A stretch of 64,000 nt of DNA from an uncultured bacterium (GCA_963716205.1 OY970290.1:367417-431416), one strand, 5' to 3'. Positions 7,899 to 17,291 are shown, counted from the stretch's first letter. A program made the numbers and translations. Notes: generated by a model not told the origin, from the sequence alone.

Positions 7899-10800
7899 TT
7901 ACATTAGTGAAGTAAAATTAAGAAGTGGTCCGTGCTTAACAATAAGCCCAGACTGGATCATCTCGTCCACAATATCTTTAACCCGATCTGCTTCCTCTGG
8001 ATCAATCCTCGGCACTTGGAAAATTAATCTGATACTCTGTATTGCGTTATCATACGCCAAGCCAAACTGATCTTTTATTAAAAAATTAATCGCATTTTTA
8101 ATTTCAATAGCTGGAATTTCCCCCAAACGCCTAACAAGACCATCATCACCAGGAACTCTAAAATATGTGCAATCCTTAGAGGTTGGATATAAAAATCCCT
8201 TATCTGATTTATTTTTTTCTACATACCCTTCTTTTATCACTCTTTTGATTGCATTATCAAAATTATCGCTAATATTTGAACCTACCCTTCCAATGTTTGA
8301 TAATTCTCTCACTCTTTCTAAAAGCACGTCCTGATGTATAGGACCCTCCTCTTCTATAATCGTGAGAAGTGCGTGTGAAAAATTGTGGTTTTTACTTGGA
8401 GTCATCAAATCTTTTCTGTTTATTTTAAACGATGATTTTTCGTATCTTTTGCCTACTTTTTGCACTCTCAGTGGAATTTCAGTTAAAATATAGTCCTGAT
8501 CCAAAGTAGTTGTGTTTGGTTTATCCGATTTAGGACTGCTCCGATGATCATTCTTAATTGCCAAGTTGACATTCTCAACTAAACGCTGAAGAGCTTCATC
8601 CCTGTTTCTAAACCACTCGGTTGACCAAATCCTATATAATTTCCAACCCATTCCAAGCAATATTTCTTGTCTGAGAATATCTCTGTCCCTTGCAGATTTT
8701 GAGCTGTGGTATGTTGCACCGTCACACTCAATGCCGATAATGTAGCTTTGTGGATTTTTTGGATCCTTTACAGCAAGATCAATTTTAAAGGAACCGACTC
8801 CCACTTGAGGATCAACAACAAAACCTCTTGCTTCAAGTTCTCTCCGCACGGAATCCTCAAAATCATTTGTTTCTTCGTTTAAAACTTTTGGCGATTCTTT
8901 ATTACTCAAAAAGCCATTTTCTGCATATTGAATATAGTTTTTTAAACCGACAGGACCGAGATTATCCGGATTGATACCAACCAATTCAGAAGATCGTATG
9001 GAAGTTATTAAAATAGTTTTCCACTTTGCTCTGGTAACAAGAACGTTCAATCGCCTCCATCCTCCCGCTGTATTGATTGGTCCAAAATTCAGAGTCATTT
9101 TTCCATCGGCGGCTTTGCCATAACCAATGCTAATCATTATGACGTCTCGCTCGTCTCCCTGGACATTTTCCAACGATTTTACGAAAAAAGGATTCGTTCT
9201 TTCTGGATCCAAAAGAGGAGCAAGGTCTTTGTTTTCTGTCTGTTGCAGTTCTTCCTCCAAAGCTTCCTGAATCGCCTCTTTTTGAGACGAGTTTAAGGCG
9301 ACCACGCCGAGTGTTTTCTCCGGTTCTGTTTTGAAATGCTTAACAATAAGTTTTGCAGTGTGCCGTGCTTCTTTTCTATTTACTCTACTGCCACCCCGAT
9401 CCCATACACCATCGGAAACGTATTCTAGGATGACGCCGCCTGAACTGGCATCAGACGGAGTTGGAAATGTTATAAGCTGACCGTTGTAATAATAATGATT
9501 AGAAAAATTGATCAATCTTTCGTTACGGCTACGGTAGTGCCATTGCAGATCAGTTTCTGAAAATGCTGGAATTGACGCTTTGCAGTCATCCAAAAGAGAT
9601 TCAAGATCATCTGACTGCTGTTCATCCCATTCATCAGAATCATCCAAGATATTGGTTCTGAAAAAAGAGGTTGGTGGCAACTGTTTTGAATCTCCGGCGA
9701 CAATTACTTGTTTTGCCCTCAGGATTGCTGGAATTGCCTCTGGGGTTGGCAATTGTGAAGCTTCATCAAAGATAACGAGATCAAAATTAAACGCTCCTGG
9801 TTTCAAAAAGGTTGATACCGACAAAGGACTCATTAAAAAGCATGGTTTCAAAGCCTGCAATATCTGCGGAATCTCATTAAACAAGACTCTTAACGGCTTC
9901 AATTTTTTCTTTTTCTCCATCTCTTTTCTCAATATTCCGACGCCGTTGGAGGTGCCAATATTTGCGTGTGCAATCCTCACTTGTCTCGCTGTCTGTGCTG
10001 GTTCGGCTATCAAATTTATAGCGGCGAGGCGAGTAATTCGCTCGTCCAGTATTTTATATTTGCTGATCAGCTCCACTTGGGACATCTGTGAAAATTCACT
10101 GAGAATTGGTTTTGAATAGATCATCGCATCTATCCACAGCGAATAAAATCTCTTCTTGAAAATTTCAGTTGATTTTTCAAAATTCTGATGTCCTATCTTT
10201 TCCAAAAATGGCATCAGCTTATTCTCGTGGCAACGTGAAATTATCCTAGAGATTATCTGCTGTTCCCTAGCGCCTTTTTGATTTAGATTCGGCAAAATGA
10301 GATTTAGATATTTGACAGCATCGAATAATTTCAAAGTTTCAATCTTAAAATTATCAAGGAAGCCGTTCGGCCAAAAAGTATTAATCTCCTGGAGAATTTT
10401 CTTAACTTCCTCCTTATTGGCATTCAAAAAATCAACAAGTTTTGCAATATCATTTGAAACTGAAGCGTTAAATACTGTTTTTTCAGGTATGGTGGCGTTG
10501 ATATTGTTTGCCCAGTTTTTGAGATTGATGGCGGTTTTGGTTTCCAATTTGACAGTGGAAAGATTCTTTAAAATCGTTTGGTCTGAATCGTTATGCAGGT
10601 TTAATTCTTTGAATTTTAAAAAAATCTCATCGTCAAGGATAACTATTTTTTGTGAAATATCAAAAGCTTGTGCAAGATCGCCAAACCGAAAAGATTTTAA
10701 ATTATCCAACATTTGCAATACCGCCTTTTTATCTGAGAAATATTTTAACTTGATTCGTGAATACCAGTTTTTATATGTCTCAAAAAACAAATTAGACCCA

Positions 10801-12629
10801 TCAATAATATCTTTTGGATTGTGTGACGAAAACGACTTTAACTGTTTTTGTAAATCTATTCTGGATTCACAAATTTTTGATAAATCGTCAATTTTCAATA
10901 TCGCATTGTCTAACGTTTCAGTGGTCGTTGTATTCCAACCAACAGGCAGGTTTTGCACCTCGGATAATTCTTTGAAAATACTGAGCGAGGAAAGAATTAC
11001 TGGGATTGGCAAATCAAGACCTCTGACAAAATTGGATATTTTTTCCGTATCTTTATTAAATGACTCGCAAAAAATTTTTAGATTATTCAGATATTCATAC
11101 AAAGATTCCAAAACTGATAGATTAGTGCCATCTGCTTTCATTCCCTTCAGAGGATGTTGATCCCTGACTGAGAAAAGCTGGGCATTTTTATCAACATCAG
11201 AAAGAATTTCCAAGGAATGATCCAATTCACTTTTTGATACTTCTAAAATGTTACTCCATGGCAATGTGGCTTTTATAAGCTCAATGTTTTTTAGCTCTTC
11301 GTATTTACCGTATGCAGAGAAAAGATGTATGGTGAGTGGATTGTTAGTATCGTAAATACTTTTGGTGTAGTCATTCAATCTGTTACGAGCTTCAACCAAC
11401 TTAGAAATATCCTCTTTTAGATTTTTAGCCACTTTAATTTCCTCGTTTGATTCCAGAGTTTTTTTCAATTCGTCAATGACTTTTCTTTTGCCAGATTTGA
11501 CTCCGTGTGCTTCCAAACAGAACGGTCCGAAACCAATTTCTTGCAACCTATTATAAACAACACTGAGTGCAGCCATCTTGGAACTAACAAATAGCACTTT
11601 CTTATTCTGACCCAAAGCATTGGCGATAATTGCTGTGATAGTCTGACTTTTGCCCGTTCCAGGCGGGCCATGAATAACAAGATTAGAACCAAGAGACGAA
11701 AGTGTTAACGCCCTCAATTGACTGGAATCCATTTGAACTACAGGCACTGGAACCTGCTCGGGTGTTTCCAGTGAATCCAGATCACTGTCTAATTTCAGAT
11801 TTTCAATAACGTCATTTCTTAAATGAGCAAGTGCTTGGACCAAAATATTGTTTCTTGCCTGACCATCAAGCAATTTCAAATCTTGATAGATAGCCAGGGC
11901 CTCAAAACTAAAAACGCCCAGCCAAGAACGTCCTGTGACTTTCCAATCGCTTGCCTGGACCGTATTTTTAACCTTATTCAAATATTCGTCTATTTTTTTA
12001 TCATCAAGTGAAAAACTTTCTTCCGTTGTTTCCTTATTGGAATTATTAAAAAGTTCTGGTATGTCTATCTCTTCTCGTTCTTTCAAATAATATTTCAGAG
12101 CCGGATTGATAACAACATCCTCGTCAGCCATAATCAAACTTAAAGCCCTCGTTCCTCCTTTCTGTTCAAGACTGCACGGTATCATTATCAAAGGACTTTC
12201 CGATCTGCCCATGAGGGGATCTTCCCACTCCAGACACCCAATCGTTAAATAAAGTGTATTAACACCACGTTCGTTTAAAGTGCTTTTTGAATTATCATAA
12301 ATTTTCCTGATTTTTCCTCTCAGCTCTTTTGCACCGGAGTATAAAAAAGACATCTCGCCTTCATGCAATATGTAATCTTCGGCAGATTCATCTTCGGAAA
12401 ATAAATCCTTCTTTTTTATTTTTTTCTGAACAAACGGTAATGTGACAGCACTATCATCGGTATATAAAGTTTTCAACAAATATTCAAAATCTGGTTTATC
12501 CAATTCCAGTTTGGCTGCTCTGGAACGATTCAAACCTAACAATGGGTTTGATTTTGAGACATCAATTAAGCGTTCTTGCCAACGCTTTAATACTGCACCG
12601 ATCTTTTCGGATATGGAACTATCATTCAT
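7899..12629 (-). CDS. 1576-aa multidomain protein: N-terminal DUF4011-like region, SF1 (Upf1-like, AAA_11/AAA_12) helicase, DUF559-like (Vsr/PD-(D/E)xK) endonuclease, and DUF3320-like C-terminus
   Basis: Walker A LVIHGPPGTGKSQTI, Walker B/DEAD-like VIFDEASQL, helicase motifs YRSRNERLINF and GWRRLNVLVTRAK. The nuclease motif is IGIECDGATYHSSKSARDRD...GWKLYRIWSTEWFRN. Confidence 0.8.
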   Translation of the reverse strand: MNDSSISEKIGAVLKRWQERLIDVSKSNPLLGLNRSRAAKLELDKPDFEYLLKTLYTDDSAVTLPFVQKKIKKKDLFSEDESAEDYILHEGEMSFLYSGAKELRGKIRKIYDNSKSTLNERGVNTLYLTIGCLEWEDPLMGRSESPLIMIPCSLEQKGGTRALSLIMADEDVVINPALKYYLKEREEIDIPELFNNSNKETTEESFSLDDKKIDEYLNKVKNTVQASDWKVTGRSWLGVFSFEALAIYQDLKLLDGQARNNILVQALAHLRNDVIENLKLDSDLDSLETPEQVPVPVVQMDSSQLRALTLSSLGSNLVIHGPPGTGKSQTITAIIANALGQNKKVLFVSSKMAALSVVYNRLQEIGFGPFCLEAHGVKSGKRKVIDELKKTLESNEEIKVAKNLKEDISKLVEARNRLNDYTKSIYDTNNPLTIHLFSAYGKYEELKNIELIKATLPWSNILEVSKSELDHSLEILSDVDKNAQLFSVRDQHPLKGMKADGTNLSVLESLYEYLNNLKIFCESFNKDTEKISNFVRGLDLPIPVILSSLSIFKELSEVQNLPVGWNTTTTETLDNAILKIDDLSKICESRIDLQKQLKSFSSHNPKDIIDGSNLFFETYKNWYSRIKLKYFSDKKAVLQMLDNLKSFRFGDLAQAFDISQKIVILDDEIFLKFKELNLHNDSDQTILKNLSTVKLETKTAINLKNWANNINATIPEKTVFNASVSNDIAKLVDFLNANKEEVKKILQEINTFWPNGFLDNFKIETLKLFDAVKYLNLILPNLNQKGAREQQIISRIISRCHENKLMPFLEKIGHQNFEKSTEIFKKRFYSLWIDAMIYSKPILSEFSQMSQVELISKYKILDERITRLAAINLIAEPAQTARQVRIAHANIGTSNGVGILRKEMEKKKKLKPLRVLFNEIPQILQALKPCFLMSPLSVSTFLKPGAFNFDLVIFDEASQLPTPEAIPAILRAKQVIVAGDSKQLPPTSFFRTNILDDSDEWDEQQSDDLESLLDDCKASIPAFSETDLQWHYRSRNERLINFSNHYYYNGQLITFPTPSDASSGGVILEYVSDGVWDRGGSRVNRKEARHTAKLIVKHFKTEPEKTLGVVALNSSQKEAIQEALEEELQQTENKDLAPLLDPERTNPFFVKSLENVQGDERDVIMISIGYGKAADGKMTLNFGPINTAGGWRRLNVLVTRAKWKTILITSIRSSELVGINPDNLGPVGLKNYIQYAENGFLSNKESPKVLNEETNDFEDSVRRELEARGFVVDPQVGVGSFKIDLAVKDPKNPQSYIIGIECDGATYHSSKSARDRDILRQEILLGMGWKLYRIWSTEWFRNRDEALQRLVENVNLAIKNDHRSSPKSDKPNTTTLDQDYILTEIPLRVQKVGKRYEKSSFKINRKDLMTPSKNHNFSHALLTIIEEEGPIHQDVLLERVRELSNIGRVGSNISDNFDNAIKRVIKEGYVEKNKSDKGFLYPTSKDCTYFRVPGDDGLVRRLGEIPAIEIKNAINFLIKDQFGLAYDNAIQSIRLIFQVPRIDPEEADRVKDIVDEMIQSGLIVKHGPLLNFTSLM

Positions 12630-12672
12630 GGACTAATTCTAGCAAAAAATCATTCTAATATCTAATCAAAAA

Positions 12673-13449
12673 TTATGCCGTTGGATAACCGAATGAGCGA
12701 AGTATAGCAAGCCAGCTTAAAGATAAAAACCAATCAATCGGTAAATTCGGATATACTTTTATGAGGGGTGATTTTCCTTCCTTATCCTCCCAAATAAGTA
12801 TGTAAGGATCCTTTCTAAGATGTTGAGTTCCTAATGAATGTGAAAATCCAGATCGCATTGCACCGTATATATCTCCAATAACTTCTTCAATGGTGGCAAA
12901 TGATTTTTTGCCTGTTTCTTGTTCCATACCTCTATAATGTTTGATAGCATCTTTCTTTTCCTTTTCTGTAAGCCATTGCGAATAAAATTTTTTTGATCGA
13001 GCAGCATTTTTAGGGAATAATGATTCATGTTTTTTAGAAAATTTACTGATATCTTCCGGGGTCTTTATGTCTTTAAAATTCTCTTTTAAAAATGAAATGA
13101 AACTTTGTGTTTTACTTAAAGCGGTTCTATTTTCTACGATTGAAAACATAACGTGTAGAGCAAGAGTGGATCGCACTATGTTTTCATAATATCCAATACT
13201 TTTTCCTCTCCCATCTTGTTTGAATAGAAGCAACGGTTCCATATAAGTTCTAAAAAAAATTAAGTATCCGCAAAGTTCCGTTTTATCTGATTGTTTTAAT
13301 GCATCAATTATTGAAACCAATAAATTTTTATTCAAAGCTGGGCAAGGATTTTGCAAACATTTATCCAATGTTTCTATTGTATACTCTGCAATTTCAATTG
13401 ATGTTGAATTTATAGATAAATACTTCATATATATTATATCAAGAACCAC
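12673..13449 (-). CDS. hypothetical protein (258 aa), middle gene of the three-gene operon
   Basis: The ORF is flanked at 8 bp and 43 bp by co-oriented genes. No family recognised. Confidence 0.5.
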   Translation of the reverse strand: MVLDIIYMKYLSINSTSIEIAEYTIETLDKCLQNPCPALNKNLLVSIIDALKQSDKTELCGYLIFFRTYMEPLLLFKQDGRGKSIGYYENIVRSTLALHVMFSIVENRTALSKTQSFISFLKENFKDIKTPEDISKFSKKHESLFPKNAARSKKFYSQWLTEKEKKDAIKHYRGMEQETGKKSFATIEEVIGDIYGAMRSGFSHSLGTQHLRKDPYILIWEDKEGKSPLIKVYPNLPIDWFLSLSWLAILRSFGYPTA

Positions 13450-13456
13450 TTCCTAT

Positions 13457-13948
13457 TTAAGTCTTTTCCTCAAACTCCATAAGAAGCGAGAGATAATGCT
13501 TTTGTTTTTCAGTATCAATCCAGGAACTTAAAAGCGGTGATATATTTCCATTTGAAGTAATGATGCGATTTATAGCATCAAAGAAAAAACCTTCTGGTGT
13601 AGCAAGAAAAAGCCATGCAACATTCCAGTGTTCACGCACCTGTTTTGCTATGTTTATGATCTCCTCCGAGGTTGAAGAATGACGATATTTCACCTCAACG
13701 AGATATACTTGGGAACGGTCTTGGGTAATGATTATAAAATCAGGCGCATGGCGTATATTATCCAAAACTTGTTTTACTTCAATGACATGCTGATACTGCG
13801 CTACCTCCGGCACAGTCTTTTCATAACCAAATGGAAGGATAGTAAATTTACCGCAGTCACGAAACATCTGCTCAAAGATAACCTCTGCGATCTTTCCCTT
13901 CAGGAGATCACGGGAAAATGATATTTCTTTGTTTAATGATTTTTCCAC
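13457..13948 (-). CDS. small PD-(D/E)xK nuclease-fold protein (Hjc/Mrr-like)
   Basis: Motif order is E (AEVIFEQ) ... PDFIIIT ... VYLVEVKYR, i.e. E-PD-(D/E)xK. Confidence 0.5.
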   Translation of the reverse strand: MEKSLNKEISFSRDLLKGKIAEVIFEQMFRDCGKFTILPFGYEKTVPEVAQYQHVIEVKQVLDNIRHAPDFIIITQDRSQVYLVEVKYRHSSTSEEIINIAKQVREHWNVAWLFLATPEGFFFDAINRIITSNGNISPLLSSWIDTEKQKHYLSLLMEFEEKT

Positions 13949-14013
13949 AACTGAATATTTTTTATAAACGTCTAATTATTATGGGGATGTCCTAGTTTAA
14001 GGTAGTGAATAAA

Positions 14014-14268
14014 TTATTGTTCAAACTCATTTCTCAATTCTTCTTTTAGTTCTTTTTTTGTATCCTTTAATACTGCGCCAAGTATTGTGTCAAAACCCAA
14101 GAATACACCGAGGTAAAAGACTATGAAAAATATCAAGAACCAAACAAAGTTTTCCTGTACGGCATTTACTATTGCAAAATAAAGCCCTATCGGTGGCAAT
14201 AATATGGATAAGACCTTAATGAGCCAGTCTAAAGCATCCCATAACCACCAATTTTTCCAGTTTTTCAT
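14014..14268 (-). CDS. small membrane protein (passenger in the IS-bounded segment)
   Basis: Two predicted TM helices (WWLWDALDWLIKVLSILLPPIGLYFAIV..FLIFFIVFYLGVFLGF). Confidence 0.4.
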   Translation of the reverse strand: MKNWKNWWLWDALDWLIKVLSILLPPIGLYFAIVNAVQENFVWFLIFFIVFYLGVFLGFDTILGAVLKDTKKELKEELRNEFEQ

Positions 14269-14293
14269 ATACCTAGATTATATCCTTATCCTT

Positions 14294-15154
14294 TTATTCC
14301 CACAAGTTAGGTTGATATTCTTGCCCCATCATTCTGTTGTAGTTATTTTCAAACTTGCGCTTGTCTCCAGAAACTTTAAGGGTTGCTACTACTTGCCATA
14401 TTTGTGAACGAATAGCGGGTAATCCAACCTTTTCACTTAAGTGAGAGTGATGTCTTTTTTTTCTTGATTTTGTAGATGTTGTTGGATTTTTTTCGTCCAA
14501 AACTTTCAACACTTCTCCTTTTTCAAAGGGTTCATAAATATATTTTCGTATGAACCCAGCATAGTATAATGGTCTATTACGAGAAGTTGTTTTTTGATTT
14601 CCATAAATGCGGTCCATTTGATAAAAAAGTTCATCGGGAAATTCTTTTGACCATTTTCTAACTTCTTCAGCTAGATAACTTTCAACGAGCATTCTGAATG
14701 CTTCGGGATGTTTGAATTTTTCGTATCCCAACTGTTCATAAATAAGAGCAGTAATACCTACCGCAGAAAATGCGTCAGACATTGTCTCACAAACTGTGGC
14801 AGTAGGTAACTGATTTTTGGTTAATACCCCTGCTCTTTCAGCATCACGATATACGCGACAAATCAACGGGAGTATTTTTGCATCATATCCAGTAGAAAGC
14901 CGTCCTCCATCATAAAACTCTATTCCTTTCAGCATCTCATCTAATTCAGGACGAATAAATTTTTGAAGATTCATCGCTCCGATAAAACTAGGTTTATCTG
15001 TCCTACTTGAACCTTTCCATGCTCTTCCTAACGCTTTCATCATCTTACCTTTATTCAAAATTGGAGTACCATCTTCAAGTACCGCACAATCTATCTCTAC
15101 CCCGTTCAATGTGATTGGACCGCTTCCCCATGCTTTTGGTATATTTTTTTCCAT
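14294..15154 (-). CDS. hypothetical protein (286 aa), passenger gene, possibly phage-associated
   Basis: Long ORF between the transposase and the IRL. No confident family. Confidence 0.45.
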   Translation of the reverse strand: MEKNIPKAWGSGPITLNGVEIDCAVLEDGTPILNKGKMMKALGRAWKGSSRTDKPSFIGAMNLQKFIRPELDEMLKGIEFYDGGRLSTGYDAKILPLICRVYRDAERAGVLTKNQLPTATVCETMSDAFSAVGITALIYEQLGYEKFKHPEAFRMLVESYLAEEVRKWSKEFPDELFYQMDRIYGNQKTTSRNRPLYYAGFIRKYIYEPFEKGEVLKVLDEKNPTTSTKSRKKRHHSHLSEKVGLPAIRSQIWQVVATLKVSGDKRKFENNYNRMMGQEYQPNLWE

Positions 15155-15172
15155 AAATGGCTTTAATTAAGG

Positions 15173-16045
15173 TTAATTTGATTGGACCGCTTGTAATACT
15201 AATGTATCAAACATTCCTGCATCGCCACGCTTATTGTATCGGAAACAAAACTCGTTGATGTAGGCGTTCAAATGCTTTGCTGTTACATGATGATACTGAC
15301 CGATAATACCACGTTTCAAAAGCGACCAAAAACTTTCAATCGTGTTTGTGTGGGCAATACCAGTAACATAGTTTCCTTTACCATGATTGACTTTACTGTG
15401 TTCAAAGTTCTTTTTGTCCAGTCCATTGTATGCACCCCATTCGTCCGTCATAATATGAGAACCTTTTTTTACATTTTGATTGATGAGCATTTGAAGCGAG
15501 CGAGCATTCACATTGTTTACTTTCTGCGCGCGGACTTCACCACCTCTTTTCAAAACTCCAAAAACTGGCGTTTTGTCTTTTGTACTTCTGCCTTGTCCGC
15601 CCTTTGTTTTATCGTTCCAGTGTTTATTTTTGTTTTTTCCACCGACATACGTTTCGTCCGCCTCAACGATACCCTCTAGCAATGCTCCCTGTTCTCGCAT
15701 AGCTCGGCGAATACGCATGAGCATGAGCCATGCAGTATTCTTGTTGACTTCGATGTCGCGAGCAAGCTGACGTGAACTCATCCCTTTTTTGGCGTTAAGG
15801 ATAAGAGAGATAGCAAGAAACCATTTCTGTAAGTCCAGTTTCGTCTTGTGAAAAATTGTTTTGACCGTTATACTAAAAGATGTATTGCAGGCATTGCAGT
15901 GGTATCGGCTTTCTTTTATAAATTTGGTAACTCGAAGCGAGTTACAATATGGACATTTTGGCTCGCCATTCCATCTGACTTTTTCTAGATGGTCTAGGCA
16001 ATCCTGCTGTGTCGGAAACTGTTTGTATACTTGTATTATGTTCAT
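15173..16045 (-). CDS. IS1595-family (ISXO2-like) DDE transposase
   Basis: N-terminal zinc ribbon CPYC...CNAC. The ETYVGGK, MTDEWGAY and HTNTIESFWSLLKR motifs are typical of IS1595 Tnp. Confidence 0.8.
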   Translation of the reverse strand: MNIIQVYKQFPTQQDCLDHLEKVRWNGEPKCPYCNSLRVTKFIKESRYHCNACNTSFSITVKTIFHKTKLDLQKWFLAISLILNAKKGMSSRQLARDIEVNKNTAWLMLMRIRRAMREQGALLEGIVEADETYVGGKNKNKHWNDKTKGGQGRSTKDKTPVFGVLKRGGEVRAQKVNNVNARSLQMLINQNVKKGSHIMTDEWGAYNGLDKKNFEHSKVNHGKGNYVTGIAHTNTIESFWSLLKRGIIGQYHHVTAKHLNAYINEFCFRYNKRGDAGMFDTLVLQAVQSN

Positions 16046-16161
16046 GGTTTTTTATTACTACCTTTATCTAGGTATAGTACACCATGACGAGACTTGCAGT
16101 CAAGACAATTTCTGTGTTGTAACTGTTTTATTCACTACCTTAAACTAGGACATCCCCATTA

Positions 16162-16806
16162 TTATTTCTTAACCTTATAAAATTTCATCTCTACTCCACT
16201 GTATCGCTCGATCAATCCCTCATAAATTAAACCTTCAAGGGGTTCATAATCCTGATATTGATCTATCTGTGCCAATGCATTTCTATAATCATCTTTATTT
16301 TCTTTTTCGATTTTTATGGATATACCGACTAATCCGTATCTCTCCAAAATCAGATTTGCCGCTAATCGTGCCGTTCGTCCGTTCCCTTCTCTAAAAGGAT
16401 GGACGTTGGTAATCAGATGGTGGAGCCATGCCGCAGTTCGTATAATCTTTTCAATCGCATCAAGCACTTCTTCCGTTACATCTTTGGCAATAATCAGTCC
16501 TTCAACTTTCTCCAAATTTTTTAATCGTATGATAAGTTCGTCCTTCGCTTTTTTCATATATTCATGCACCTGTGAATGATGCGGCGGCAGATGTTTTGAA
16601 TCAGTTATTTCCAGATTTTCATCACGATACTTTCCGGCAATTTCAGGCCACGCATGTTCAAAAATGCACTTATGAATTTCTGATATGGTATCTATGGTGA
16701 TCGGTTTGTGAGAATGGGCGTAGGTTCTCACAAAACGAGAAGCGCGGATAACTCCAATCGCTTCTCGTTTCTGCATTTCCTGTTCGTCTTTCGGTCTTTC
16801 CACCAT
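16162..16806 (-). CDS. Fic/Doc family protein (AMPylase-type toxin core)
   Basis: Fic active-site motif HPFREGNGRTARL. Confidence 0.8.
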   Translation of the reverse strand: MVERPKDEQEMQKREAIGVIRASRFVRTYAHSHKPITIDTISEIHKCIFEHAWPEIAGKYRDENLEITDSKHLPPHHSQVHEYMKKAKDELIIRLKNLEKVEGLIIAKDVTEEVLDAIEKIIRTAAWLHHLITNVHPFREGNGRTARLAANLILERYGLVGISIKIEKENKDDYRNALAQIDQYQDYEPLEGLIYEGLIERYSGVEMKFYKVKK

Positions 16807-17016
16807 TTATTTTACGTCTTTAGCTAGTTTCTCAAATTCTTTACGGCCTAATTTACTTCCTTCAAGAGCACTTGAATAATATGCATGTTCAACATCCCAT
16901 GCTTTTTCAATTTCAGATTTTTGAGCAGGGGTAAGTTTTGAAAGTTGTTTCTGGGCTGTTTGTGCCACGGAAAAAAGCTCTCTTGCTAATGTTTTGTTTC
17001 CATTCATTGTTGTCAT
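16807..17016 (-). CDS. Fic_N / FicA-like antitoxin (69 aa) carrying the inhibitory SxxxEG motif
   Basis: YYSSALEGSKL matches the (S/T)xxxE(G/N) inhibitory helix. It is in the same frame as the fic core, separated by a single TAA directly followed by ATG. Confidence 0.5.
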   Translation of the reverse strand: MTTMNGNKTLARELFSVAQTAQKQLSKLTPAQKSEIEKAWDVEHAYYSSALEGSKLGRKEFEKLAKDVK

Positions 17017-17190
17017 ATTATTATAATGTTATTATAACATCTCAATGTTACTATAGAGCACTGGTTTAATCAAGACTGAGTTAAATCACTACTTTTGGCT
17101 TGCTGTGGTCCTCGTGGTTGCGACTTTTACCATTAGTTGTGATATTATCCGTTTAACCCAGAAATAGGCTCATTTGGCTTAGAAACGTAT

Positions 17191-17222
17191 GTTCTTACAT
17201 CGTTCAACATTCGGAGCAGAAA
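17191..17222 (+). repeat. cassette-boundary repeat R0 (degenerate copy)
   Basis: gttcttacatcgttcaacattcggagcagaa, compared with the consensus gttctaacttcctctatccannggagcagaa. Confidence 0.5.
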
Positions 17223-17291
17223 TTAGACAAATATTATTTATTTTGATAATCTAAATTTGGAAGCAGTTATCTTATTTGAAGGGGTGAGATT

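Larger units (their letters stand above)
13981..16159 (-). mobile_element. IS1595-family element of about 2.18 kb. Its 33-bp terminal inverted repeats enclose the transposase plus two passenger ORFs
   Basis: IRL at 13981-14013 (atggggatgtcctagtttaaggtagtgaataaa) and IRR at 16127-16159 are reverse-complement matches. The internal transposase has a zinc ribbon plus DDE domain. Confidence 0.6.

Noticed and set aside
9512-11160. Plus-strand ORFs 9580..10119 and 10297..11160, and minus-strand ORF 9512..9703, inside the helicase gene
   Set aside because: They lie entirely within the 1576-aa helicase gene (the first two antisense), are low-complexity or hydrophobic, and have no RBS. They are spurious shadows of the real gene.
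13973-16167. 8-bp target-site duplication flanking the IS1595-like element
   Set aside because: The flanks (taattatt / tattattt) are similar but AT-rich, and the exact IR ends are ambiguous, so a TSD cannot be asserted.
17029-17043. Near-palindrome atgttattataacat upstream of the ficA-like gene as an autoregulatory operator
   Set aside because: It is imperfect, short and in an extremely AT-rich promoter region, so it cannot be distinguished from chance.
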